Below, piece by piece: positions 26,131-39,170 of a stretch of DNA of 64,000 nt (position 1 is its first letter; each line of letters begins with the position of its first letter). Position numbers and translations under genes: made by a program. Location: assembly GCF_009914755.1 (NCBI RefSeq), contig NC_060936.1. One strand, 5' to 3'. The DNA comes from the human T2T-CHM13v2.0 reference genome, Homo sapiens. A model generated the notes under the pieces. That model had not been told where the DNA came from, did not search any database, and saw only the letters and a list, made by a program, of their open reading frames with translations.

Positions 26131-26534
26131 TATATCTTCTGAGAGTAGTGCATGTGGAGAGGTAATAAACATGTTATCTAAAGTATGTGATACTGAAAGT
26201 AGCATACCATCAATGAATTCTTCTAAGTGGTTTATGTTTCTATAGAATTCAATTTATTTTCCTGCTAGCCCAAATCAGAAAATGTTGAAATGTTTTGTCT
26301 TCAGTGCCAATGTTGCCAAGTGAAGAAACAACCATGGGAATTACAATGAGTTAGATAGTCAGATACTGATACATTGGAAACTGAAAGAATTTGGAAGAGG
26401 GTAGATCTATTAACCTTCCAAATTTTTCTTGGACCCATGCATTAACTAACAGAAACAGAAAAACAAGTTGTAGACACAATTTAAAGTGACAAAATGCTTA
26501 AAATGTATTGAGTTTTGAATAGTTGCACATCATT

Positions 26535-26870
26535 TTAGTCACTAATTATGTCGCAGTAACCAACAAATCTCAAATCTTGGTGACTTATTTCCCATTCACA
26601 TGACATATCAGTTGTAGGTCAGCTGTGGCTCTGCTCCACAAGTCTTTATTTCAGGATCCAGAAAAGAAGAGAGCCCCTTTTGAGGATATATTTTTCTTCT
26701 GGCAGAGCAATGGTTCGAGCTATAAAATGGCTCTTTAAGTTCTGCTCAGAAGCAGCATATATCACTTCCCTTCACATTTCAATATTCAAAGCAAGTGATA
26801 TGATCAATACTGATGTTAATGGAGTGAGGACTTTAAATCCTCTAAAGGATATCATTTTGAACAATAATAC
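26535..26870. mobile_element. Ancient MaLR LTR (MLT1H/I-like)
   Basis: Degenerate MLT1 phrases (gctgtggctctgctccaca..ttcaggatccag; tcacttcccttcacatttca..aaagcaagt). Confidence 0.5.
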
Positions 26871-26939
26871 AATCTCTTGCATAAACACAAAATAATTTCC
26901 TATAACAAGTCAAAATTTCTTTGTTCCTAATTCCTACAC

Positions 26940-27650
26940 GGTATAGTCTATTGTTTCTCCTTACAAATAGGTTCTAGAGTTCTTCTACTTCTGCTTCCAC
27001 TGCCACCACCCTTATCCAGGGCACTTTTATTTCTTTTTCAACCATGATAACAGATTCCTAGCTGGTTTCTTCTCTTTATTCCTGGCCTCTACCTTCAATA
27101 CACTCTCTAAAACAAGGGCCATCTCCTTTATATGTAAATAGATTCATGCTAGTGTTTAAAACCTTATCATCATTTTTCTTTCACTCATAACAAAACCTAA
27201 ACTCTCCCCCATGGTGAACAAGGCCCTGCCTCACTGCTTTTGTTTTCCTCTCTTAGCTCCTCCTTTGCTTTTCCACTTTCTTCAGACACTCAACATAAAA
27301 TGTTTTCCTTAAACTCTTCAAATGTCTCATCCCTTTCTTATATTTTGGTTTTAGTTTAAATGTCACCTTATCAGACAAGTCTTCCTCAACTACCCTATCT
27401 AAAGTGAAACCCCTCCCCAATGTCACCCCACTTCCTGTCATTTTCTATTTCAGCTAGTATTTACAGCATGAAGCACAATTTATAATTATTTCATGTGCTT
27501 GTCTTCTTGTTTTGTTTTCTCTCCCCTATGTAAGCTTCATATTGGAAAAGACCATAGCTATATTATTATTGTATCTAAGCCCTAAGTACTGTGTCTAGAA
27601 TATACCATAGTAGTTATTTTAGAAACATGTGCTAGTTTAATTCATAAACA
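26940..27650 (+). mobile_element. L2 fragment
   Basis: cactgccaccacccttatccagg; tttaaatgtcaccttatcagacaagtcttcc; 3' end-like sequence near 27600. Confidence 0.7.
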
Positions 27651-28617
27651 AAGTAAGTCTAGGATTTAGCACTGTCTTACAATAAATAAAAGTATTATAC
27701 TTTCTCTGAATAGCATGGGACACGAGTGTATTAATAAATGATATACAGTACCAAATTTAGCATGTACTAAAAAAAATCTTTCTAGCTGAAGCCAATTTTG
27801 CACAATTACACTAGGAGAGAAGGTCTGCTAATGTTCTAAAGGACCACCCCGCAGCCTCTAGAATAGAATTCAACCAAAAGGAAGAAATAGATGGTTACAC
27901 ACATTATATTCTGCCCCTCTACATGTGACCCAGCAACCCTGAAGATGTGAAGTGATAAACCATGACCCTGAGGCTAAACAGATAATGAATAATCCGACAA
28001 TGCAACTCAACCTGGAATAAATGTAGAAGGACCCCAGATACACAGCAACTATGTGAATCCTTTAATAGCTCAGAAGATCCAGAAGTCAGTTTGTCTGAGT
28101 CTGTTGAATTTTAGAGATGACTTACTGAAATCTCATCTATTTGCCTTTGTTATTGGATGATAGAAGCAAGCAGAATAGAGCAGAAAGTCTAGAAAGAGTA
28201 CAAAAAGGTTAATAATAAATATCTATATTTATATACACCTTTATGAAAGAGAGACATATGCTTGCATGCTTTGTGTAGCCACTGCCTCATGGCCACCCAG
28301 CACACACATGGCCTCTTTACCACTGTGGTCTTACGTTGATGTCTGCTTCCTCTTGTCCTCTGTAACCATGGGGGTTTTAAAAAATATTTTCTTAAATTTT
28401 TCAGAAGACAGATGTGCATAAAGGGGGATGTTCTTTCTAACTCCAGGTCTCAGTAATCTTGCTCACATTGTTTACTATACATACCCCTCTTCTTCAATAA
28501 AATAAGCCAGATGGTCATGGTAAATAATAATAATAGTAATAAGGATAATACTTTATAGTACATATTTTTAAATTCTTTACTCTTTTATTCTCTCAACACC
28601 ACTGTGAGATAAATATT

Positions 28618-29350
28618 GCATACTCAGTTATTTATTGAGTCCCTAATATGTGTCAGTCACTATTCTGAGGGGAATAGTGTTATCAGACATAGTTCCTGCC
28701 CTCAAGGAGTTAAGCTCCTATTAGGGAAGATAGAAACAGGACATTATGATAACATTTAAGCAGTTGGCATTTGTTCCTCCAGAAACTACGTTCCCCTGTT
28801 AAGAGATATTTGCTGTTCTTTGGGTGTTTGCTGTACAAAACCAGGGGGAAAGGGGAGGCATAAGAGGGATGCTTTTTTAAGCACAACAATGCTCAAAGAC
28901 TGAACCCCAGGGCCACAGTTTTAACTTGGACACATAAATAACAGTAATAGCAGTAATAGGAGGTGGTATGGCAGAGATATAGATGAGAGATTATGGATTT
29001 TTCTGAGAAGGAGAAAAATATTGCAACTTTGTGGTGGTGCAGAAAGTTTTGTAGTGGAACAAAGAGAGATGGTGTGGAAAAGGGGGAATAGCAAAAGCTT
29101 GGTAATTGAGTCTGCATTGCACCAGTCCTTGAAAGATGTATTTTATCATGTGGAGTTGAAGGCAAAGTCATTCCAAATAGAAGAAACAGCATGAGCAAAG
29201 AACCCCAGAATCTTTAAATAATTGGATGTATATCTCCAAAAGAATGTTTTGTGGTTTGGCTGGAAAAAATAAATCAGTGGGTAAACCAGAGTAGAAGGAA
29301 TTCGGTTTGGAAAGTTAAGTTGGAATTGATCATAAAAATTGTTTATGTGG
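28618..29350 (-). mobile_element. L2 fragment (interrupted)
   Basis: tatttattgagtccctaatatgtgtcagtcactattct..cctgccctcaaggagtt; cattccaaatagaagaaacagcatgagcaaag. Confidence 0.65.
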
Positions 29351-29419
29351 TGTCCAGAGATTTTTGAATGACTTACTAATGGGATTGTGGACATGTGCTG
29401 CTTCAATTTTCCTTCTAGG

Positions 29420-30500
29420 AAGGATTTGGTGCCCAGCTCCTGGGAGTGCTATCAGTAATCTTCCCATTTTGTGGCAAAGGATGTACAACGAGTGCATCAC
29501 CAAGGGCTCCATTTGTAGTACAATGCATTGCATCACCTGGCAGTAGCCATAATGTTGTAATGATCCTTACACAGCTCACCCAAGGTTCCAGCTTAGGGAT
29601 GAAAGCTGGTGGAGCTGGAGTGCTATTCTCTAAAATGTTGTAAAGCACTGACTCAATACTATTGTGTCTCAAGTACTCATAATATGTAGGCCTTGCAATC
29701 AAGGGATATATGTAGAATTAGACCCTCTTACTATTATGCCCAGAGATCTACCTACAGGCTATATCTTTCTTATCCCTACAACTTTAGACTCTGTTTACTT
29801 AAAAGTCCTTGTTTTCTAGGAGAGGAATGCTTTCACCAATGAACAGAGTGACACTTTCACTGAAACTAAAGCTATGATAGCTGCATGGTCATATGGAGCA
29901 TCATATGTGAGAAGACCAGCAAAGAAAATGCTTACTATGCTGGTGGGGGAAAATGAATTCTGATTATGATGAGGAGCTAGGTTCACAGCTACAAAACCAA
30001 AATAGGGAGTACATCTGGAACTTGGAGATTGACTGAAGCATTTCTTGGAGCTCCCATGCCTGATAAGACTGAATGGAAAATTGCATTTTCCATAGCTTGA
30101 CAAAAGCAAAACAACCAAATGCTCAGACTCCTCAGGAATATAGTCTTGAATCATACCACCTAGCATATGGAAGTTTAATAGTGTATTTCTCAGTAATCAG
30201 TCATTGAAAAGAAAAAGGCATCCAAAGTCTCAGACTTCTCAGGGAATAACTCCATCATCTGACTGGACAAACACTTAATCAGCTACCATGCTGGTTGGAC
30301 AAAGGTAAATGGGTGGTAGAGATTGGAGACAAGGAATATTGTTTATCACCTCAGGAAAAGCTGCAGGAGTGGGCACTGTGTTTTTCTCATTAACCTTAAT
30401 TATTGACTCTTATTAAGAAAATGTGGCTAACTCATGAAGAGTTAATTGACATACTATAATTGATGTGGGTTACAAATAGATCTGGGTGATATATGGGTGG
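29420..30500 (+). mobile_element. ERVL-class internal remnant (3' pol/dUTPase-like region)
   Basis: Degenerate ERVL-type text (gagtacatctggaacttggagat..ttcttggagctcccatgcc; cagactcctcaggaat) running directly into an LTR16-like LTR. Confidence 0.55.
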
Positions 30501-30504
30501 GTCG

Positions 30505-30993
30505 GATAAGATGCTTTTACTGGCCTGCAGCACATCCTCTCATTTCACTCCTAATTTTAGTTGCAGTGATGGTAGATACTTCTCTGCATGCTGACAGTAC
30601 CCCTTCTTGAATGTGAGTCAAGAATCTTGCTGCATTTCTGTCTCACAATTTTCACTGAAGAGGCAGAAGTCCAGTCAGCTCACAAGGGCAGGCATTGCCT
30701 GGCAGCGCAGGGCTGTTAATGCTTTAGGGGTTGCGATCTGATAAAAACCTCAGCCATCTTCCACGTGAATGCTGTTTGGAGGCCTTCTACATAGTTGTCA
30801 GAAGACATGGCTGAGTTGAAACCCTGTTGCCTACAAATGTGACCTCAATAATTCACCTTTCATTAGCTTTCCTGCTTTCTGTCACATTTTCTCTGTTTCT
30901 TCTCTTCAGCTTTCTGGAATGAACTCCCAAGTAAAATACCTGTACCTAAATTTGTGTCTCAGGTTCTGTTTATGGGATAATTCAAACTAAACA
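30505..30993 (+). mobile_element. LTR16-like ERVL LTR
   Basis: 3' end cctgtacctaaatttgtgtctcaggttctgtttatgggataattcaaactaaaca resembles the recalled LTR16 terminus. Confidence 0.6.
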
Positions 30994-32599
30994 ATTATGA
31001 TGGTACTTTGGAAAACAAGGATACATATATATGAGAATTGCATATAACAACTAACTCATGTGTCTAGGAAGCCAAATAGGGCAAAGAATAACCAAGTACA
31101 GTAATTCAGAAGCAATAAAAAGAGTTTTACATTATATAAGTCGGACAGCCAGGAATAATGCTAGTGTTGGGGAAAAGTCCATCTGTCATTTGTGTTAAGA
31201 TGCTTATTATTAGACATCTTGCATTGCTGTGCTCCATGTACCAAATTAAAATGAATTGAGCAAAACAATTATACGAGTCGCTCATCTCCTCAGTGTTTTC
31301 TTTAATACAGCATTTATTGCTTGTTTTTCTATATATAAAGTAATATATATTCCTAATAGAACATTTAGATATTACAAAAGTCTATAGAAATATTGCTTAT
31401 AGGCCTGCCATCCAAGAGTTTTCATCAGTTAGTGTGATACAAGTTTAAAGCTGTAAAATAAATAAATGAACATGTGTATGTACAATTGAAATATATATAT
31501 ATTTCAATTCTGTTAATATAAATGTATGACTATATTTATGCTGTATGGATATAATGTGAAAAGTCTAAATTTCAGTCTCTGTGAATGTAAAGCTCAAATA
31601 AACTGGTCCTCTGCCTCTTCACTTACTCATTGTCCAAGGATAGCCCCAACCCCCTTCAACTGTCATAAGCATGATAATACTTCAGTCTGCAAAAATACTA
31701 TAGTTTATTGACCTACTCTTAGACAATCGGGTTGTTTTAAATTTTGTTAATTATTATTATTTGAGCAAATCTATGATGGGACAAATAGGTTAAAAGTTGG
31801 AAAGACCTTTTCTTTTTTAACAATATTGCCAAGTCGCTTTTCTGAAAGACTGAACAAATCACTCTTCCACCAGTCGGCAGTGAATAAACCCTCAAACCCT
31901 CTCACCCTCTCCCATACTAGGTTTTGCTTTTATTTTGTTTTTTTTTAACAGTGATAGGCCTGGATCATCAGGGGAGCCAGGTCAAGAGGACCCTGCAGAC
32001 AAGTAATTTGAATAGTGCATTGTAGCCTGAACAGGTACTGCATGGTAGAGAGTGAATATGAACAACAGTGAGAACTTCACAGGGTACCATCTACACTTGA
32101 ACAAAATAATGGGGTCTACCTCTAATTAACAACTACTTGTCCATTTTTGCATGCATATTTTTGGTTTTACAACACAGAGATCTATTTTCAAATGTGACCC
32201 TTAGAGGCATGATATTTTAATAAGAACTGAAACTTTTAGCTTGAAAAAATATATAATCAGATCATCCTCAGTGCTGTTTAGCCCTCTGAGTCAAACTCAA
32301 GCCCTCCCTCATGAGTAATGCTGTCCTCATTATTTTTTTTTCTGCCAGATGGCTTGCTAATTTAAAGTCCCTGAAGTGATAGGTGTTTTATTATAGACAA
32401 TCCACTTGGCTGGGAAAAGTAAGACTGCAGCCTTTCACACCTTCACTGATGAAGTTAATGAGTTCATATCAACTTTATGAAACTCATTTCACTTATTCAG
32501 ACTTGCAGAATTGGATACAGGAGAATAAACATAGATTTCAAGTTCCAGGAATATTTTGATGAAGTTCATCCAGAAAAAGTTATGAAAATGCAAGAAAAA

Positions 32600-33275
32600 A
32601 TATGATGTTATTTTCCATGAACACTACCAATGCCTCTAGTCAAGGCCTTTACTAATTTATGACAGTTTATTGTTAGAGATTATTAATTGGTTTTCTGCTT
32701 TTAATCTCTCACTTCTCTAAATCACACTTCATATGATGATCAGGATAAAATCCCTCCAAATGCCTCGAATATCATCCAACTAATGATTATTTGAGGTCTT
32801 TCTTGGCCCGTCATTCAAATTCATTCAAACCATCCATTCCTTGCTTACCTTGCTCATATTCTTCAGCACAATCCCTGCACTTCTCCCAAGACAAGTCCAC
32901 TCAAAGTCCAGTTATGTTATTTCTGGTCAGTTCACCCTTTTGCTTCTATTTCTGGTCTTGGTTTATCTACTTCTGTTTTTATTATTTTTTTTAACTATCC
33001 AAAGCCTGGCTCAAGGGCCGCCTTTCCTATGAAATCTTCTTTGACTTCTTTTCTAAAGTTATTTATGCCTCTCATGAATTCTTGAAAAAATTGTTTTCTG
33101 TACCACTCATGGGCAACAATTTACATACTGTCTTTTATTGCAGTTAAATTTACATATCATCTCTGCAGATTACAAATTATGGAGATGTAGGAAACATGGC
33201 TTGGGCACTGTTAACATTCCTTAATTCATTTAGCAGAGAACTTTGCAAAAAGCAGATGAAAAATTAATATTTATT
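32600..33275 (+). mobile_element. L2 fragment
   Basis: Degenerate L2 text (cctggctcaagggccgcctttcctatgaaatcttctttgac). Confidence 0.5.
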
Positions 33276-33756
33276 AATTTTAATTCTGTATACATTTTCT
33301 AGGTAATATTGATGAATATTAAATGACTCATAATAATAAGTACAATGAATCACTTACCAAAAAAATCCCAATAATTATTAAATAATGTACTTTCTTGTTG
33401 ACACTGCTAAGATGCCTAAAATAGAGTTGTCTAATATAAACCTAACTCAGGCACATGGATAATTTTTAAATAAGAGCTGAAATATATACTTAGAATAATT
33501 GAGAACAAGATATAACACATAAATGTGAATAAGATACTATGAAATTAAAGTATCATACGTGATTGTGTAACTGCAGTTGTGGATAGAAAAGGTCATGATT
33601 AAGGAAATTACATAATTTTATTTTAGTAAAATAGTGTTTTTCCTTCTTTAGCTGACTACTTTGGAGAGATTCAGAGGTTTTTTTTTTGGAACTATTTGGA
33701 GTGTTTATATCTCTTCAAACGCACTTTGGGATAAATTCTAAATTCTAGTACTTTAA

Positions 33757-34032
<276 letters not shown>

Positions 34033-34404
34033 TAGGGTTCCTATAATTGAACCATTACTCTAAAAAACTTTGAAATATACTCCTTGATTATCAAAAATTA
34101 GAAAATTATGATGGTCAAATATTTATTTATCAACAAATACTTATTGGGTAACTGCTATGTACCAGAAAGTATTCAAGTGGCAAAGTATTTTAGATGTAAA
34201 AAGATAGCATTTCTGACCAGAGAAAGTATATATACTAATTAGGTAACACAGACCAAAAAATAGAAAAACATGACAAATAATTATATTTATGTATGTTACA
34301 ATATGACAAGGACTTAAATAGAAATAAGGTGATTAGCAGTCTTGGAGTACAACTTACACAATTTCTATTTTAAGTCTTATTTCATGGATCTGAAGTACTA
34401 ACCT

Positions 34405-34898
34405 AGATCAATTGTAGACTGGATAAAGAAGATGTGGCACATATATACCATGGAATACTACGCAGCCATAAAAAAGAACGAGATTATGTCCTTTGCAACA
34501 ACATGTATGGAGCTGGAGGCCCTTATCCTATGTGAACCAACACAAGAACAGAAAACCAAATACCTCATGTTCTCACTTGTAAGTGGGAGCTAAACATTGA
34601 GAGTTTGGTGTACTCAGAGTTAAGTTCCCACTTATAAGTGAGAACATGCAGTATTTGGTTTTCTGTTCAAAGAAGAGAACAACAAAGAAGGTAACAAAGA
34701 AGGGAACAGACACCAGGGTCTACCTGAAGGTTGATGCAGGGAGAATTGTGAGGATTGAAAAAATGCCCATTAGGTACTATGTGTGTTACCTGGGTGGCAA
34801 AATAATGTGTAAATCAAATCCCCATGAGATGCAATTTACCTATATAACAAATCTGCAATTATACCTCCAAGCCTAAAATAAAAGTTAAAAAAAAAAAC
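34405..34898 (+). mobile_element. L1 3' fragment (old L1PA/L1PB) with an internal inverted duplication
   Basis: L1 ORF2 end and 3'UTR (gactggataaagaagatgtgg..cctaaaataaaagttaaaa). Bases 34613-34668 are the reverse complement of 34546-34601. Confidence 0.9.
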
Positions 34899-35399
34899 AA
34901 ACTAAAAATGAATTTTAGAGTCTAATTTTCTTTGGGGAAATAAACCGAAACTTAGCTTACTATTCATGAAATTATCTTATTTTTTCTTTTCATAAAGAAC
35001 ATATATCATAATGAATTTCTATTAAACTACTGGCTTAAATCAGAAGTTTTTTATTTCTAAAGGTTGATTCAAATTTTAGGTTGTAAATTGATTTTAACTT
35101 GTGTTATTTACTACATGAAATTTTTTTGGCAATGTTTTAAGTGACTCTACTAAAACCTTTTTTTCCAAAGCAATATGAAGACCAAACTTGTAATAACACT
35201 TGGAAAAAAAAAATTTTTTTTCAATGAGTGACATGATTAGACTCAAATATAGGTCTAGCAGTTCCAAAATTACTATACATGTGTTTTAAAAAAATCTTCT
35301 AGGAACACACAAACACACACACACATATACATGCACACAGATATATAGTTATTTTTGAAAGCAAATATAATGAATTTACCTGTTTACTAAAAACTATCT

Positions 35400-36990
35400 G
35401 CTTGTTTTATGCTTTAGAGTCAAACTTGAAATGAGTGCACATGGATCTCATTTTCAACTGAAATGAGACATTTTCTATCCTTACTCTTGATGCTTGTCTT
35501 GTTAAGAATAAACTTGCTCACACATGGAAGAGTTGCAAACTGCAGAAAATTCTTCAGTATTTTCCTATGAATGGCAAGTTACTACCTTTCACAGAAATAG
35601 ATAACTTGTCTTGGGACAGATTGGAAAATCTTATCTCGTACATAGGATTAGACAGTTCACAGCATTCTTCTTCTTTTCTCCAAGTCAAGTTCTCAGGCTG
35701 AGAAGATTCAAAGAAAGGATTGTTACTCTATTATACACTTATTGTGAAATGGGGTCATTGGGAAGATGCTGTTCAACTTTGTACTGTTTCGTTTAGGTAG
35801 TTTCAATTACAACTTACGATTTAGAAATATATTTCCTCATTATCAAGACCAAGAGGCAGTAAGAACACTTCAAGATTTCCTTTTGGAGTCATGATTTTTC
35901 AGAATATTTTGTTTGCTTTTAAATCTAATACTCTTATCATTTGAAGTCAAGGCATTTTCTGAAGAGCCTCATGGAGACTTGTTCATCTGGTTCATGAAGT
36001 CAAAAATATGTATTAAGCAGACTTGTTTTCTGCAGCCATTCTTCATCTTCAAACACTCAGCAAAATCTGTAATTTAGCTTTCAACTCACTCTACTAAGAA
36101 TTCTTTCCCTGTTAAACCCTCAGATATCTGTATGCAGAAGGAGAGTTATGAGCTCTTTTCCAGGTTTTTACAAAGTTTCAAAGCATTCTCAAGTGAACAA
36201 TCATTGTTTAATAAAGTTAAATAAAATGGTCATCCAGGATTCTCTTAAAAATTTCATTTCCGAGAAGTTTTTGACACAGTATCTCTCTGAAAAAAGCAGT
36301 GTATGGTGACATTATTTTACAAGTGAAGTGAAACCTCTCATAAAGCCAACTGTTGAAGGTGCACCATCTATGCAGATACCAACCCAGTTCTCCAAGACAA
36401 ATCTTTCGTTTACAAAATTCTTAAATATATCATGGCCTTTGCTTGTTTCCTGTAGTTCCTTATAGCAGAAAAAGTTTTCTTAAATCTCAATGTTATTTAC
36501 AAACCTTACATATGCTACAGCATGACATTTATTGGTGAAATCTGTTGACTCAGCAACCTGGACAGAGAAGTTGTTTTCAGTTCATTACATACAACCTTCT
36601 CAGCATGATGTGAAGCACCATCAATACGTCACCTTATTTACTACTGGAAAGTGGGATCATTTCATTTTATTATACTGCATCTTGTGGCATTTTCCTCACT
36701 CCAATTTTACATGTTGGCATCATTAGTTTTCTTTTTCTGGGCAAGAAGTTTGCTGCTCAGTAAATTGCTTCTCAGGCTGTTCAAAACTGACTGTTTTGAA
36801 TTTCCAATTGTTGTTTTAAAAAATCAACGCTTTTACTTATAAAATGGCTGTGAGTTTGGTGGAGCCATTGGTGCATTTGAAAGTTGTTTTCCATAGGCCA
36901 TGCACAACAGAATAGAAGATGTGAATTATCAACCCATATAAAACACATTGATAAGTAACCTTCCTTGCAAAAACAGGTGATCTTGTGTCC
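35400..36990 (-). mobile_element. hAT (Charlie/Buster-group) transposase fossil
   Basis: Minus-strand motifs in the expected order: YLSMCFIW..KQLSNAPMAPP (BED region, ~36960-36850), FSVQVAESTDFTNKCHAVAYVRFV (~36575-36500), VGICIDGAPSTVG (~36385-36345), TIHCFF (~36305), LLLHTDI..RERILSRV (~36150-36090), LQFATL..IKSKDRKCLISVENE (dimerisation domain, ~35550-35450). Many stops and frameshifts. Confidence 0.85.
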
Positions 36991-38974
36991 CTTGCTCCAC
37001 TACTGCAGTGAAGTAACATATATAAGATTTTAGTTTCGCATCAATAACCACATTAAACTTTCCCAGAGGCACAGGCCTAGAATTTTCCTATCTCACCTCT
37101 CATCTTCAAAAATTGCCCTATTGGACTTCAAATATGTTTGTAAAACACAAATGCTAATTAAACATAAAATAAAAGGGTGTAACAAGTAACTAAACAAAAA
37201 AATTGCAAAAAATACAAAATCTTCACAACACAATTTACTTCTTTCACCATTGACATTTTATAACACTTGCCACAACCACAAAGCAATGGAAGAAGGATAG
37301 ATAGGGGGTGAGTCAATCAACCAGCTGAATCATGGCAGCTTTTTAGTATAGAATTCCTTTTTTAGAATAGAAATGTCTATCAAGCCTCTACACTTGCAAA
37401 CACTCTCTCCTGTTTGTGTACACTTTGGCTACAATCAAATATATTGATGTCATTTAGGTCTTGCAGTGTTGATAAACATGAGGAATGAAAGAAGACAAAT
37501 TCTGTAAAAAAAAATTAAAATAAAAGTAAAACCCAAGTATTTCACACATTGCTTAGGAAAAAATGACAAAAGTGCTGGAGGGAAAATTCTCTATTATGCT
37601 AGCAAATATTTTTTGGTTCCCATATTTCCAATGTGATGGAATTGCGATGTGCAAACACCACTCTTGGAACTATATAGAAAAGCTAAACTGGAAGGCAAGG
37701 AAAGTAGATTCTGCTATTGGCTCTTCCACCATCTATATTTTGGTTCTTTCATTCATAAGTCAAGTCACCTACTTGACTTATGATATGGGAATTTTAAGTT
37801 CCAAGATTCCATAATTGTTATCCTTGGTCTCAAGAGGATGCATCAATGTATTAAAGAGGACAAATTTCTCCCTTAATCATACATTCAGACTTTTGAAAAC
37901 ATCCTACCTAATGCTACATTGGAAAATTCTACTTCATCTGCTTTGCTCCTTGTAAATGAGGAGGTATGATTTTCTGAACTGGGTATAGAGTATGAAGAAG
38001 TTAACCCTTTGAAGTTGCAGAGGGAAAAGGTTACAGGAAAAGTATCATGGAAAATTTGGAATAACTATGGTGATAAAATACTTGACATCACATCTTCGCA
38101 CTATTGTTTTGCCTTAGGTTCCAGATTCTGCATTTTTACATCCTGGAAAAGATGTGGGAAAAATATTATTTGAAATATGCCTTGCACATGGCACTCAGCG
38201 TGTTTATCTAGGGCAGCGTGTGGCAGCTCAGTCCTCCTGCAATACCTCAAACTGCACAACTAAATAGTCAGCATCTGTTATACTCCCGCACACTTTATTG
38301 TTGATTGGAAGCCAAAAAAAAAAAAAAAAAAAGCTGTGGCTTCTTCTTCACACAACAGAAGGTAAACTATTGGCACTCAGATGCTAAATAATGCCATTAT
38401 AAAGAATGTTATGTATGAAAGGTAGTTAAAAAATAAACTCATGTACCACTTAAAGAAGTTTGTTTTATAAGGTTAAGCTATGGTAAAAACAAATAACTGC
38501 TCGTTACTTTCAAGTCTCTCTCAAGTATATTAATCAAAAAAGTAGGGACCTCAGAATTAAAATTCATGTTGTACATTTACTTTTTGAGTACCAATTCACA
38601 CAGATTTGCCCCTTAACAACACTGGATTATTTATATTCGTTGACATAAATGAAAGCTAGAATGTCACCTCATATAATCTCTCCAGCCCTAAAATTGTATC
38701 TAACATTAAAATTAAAATTTTAATGGTTGAACTTGGATGATACTTTGACAAGTTCATTAACAGTGACTACACAGAGGTCAAGTGATAATAAATGTAATGT
38801 CTTGTATGCTTTTATGTTAATATGCCTAATTGGTAGATGAAACCTCCACTCAAAGCCATAGTCTTACAATAAAATTAACCTCAATAATTGTCATAATATA
38901 AACCCAAGTATAAAAGAGTTAATAAAAGGATAAGTTTTGACCTTAGAAGAGACTAATAAAGTAGAAAAACTTCA

Positions 38975-39170
38975 CTGTCAATCATGCTGGGTTTGAATCA
39001 CAGCTCCATCTCTTGCATGCTGGACAAGTTATAGTTCTCTCATCCTCAATTTCCTCTATGTAGAAGGAATAATTAAATACCCCCCCCCATTGAGTATTTT
39101 GTAGAGTAAATCACATATGTGTCTAAAGCAGCTAGCATAGTCTCGTACAGACAGAGTGCTATGAAAGTCA
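38975..39170 (+). mobile_element. MIR
   Basis: ctgggtttgaatcacagctccatctct..ggacaagtta..cctcaatttcctctatgta. Confidence 0.65.
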
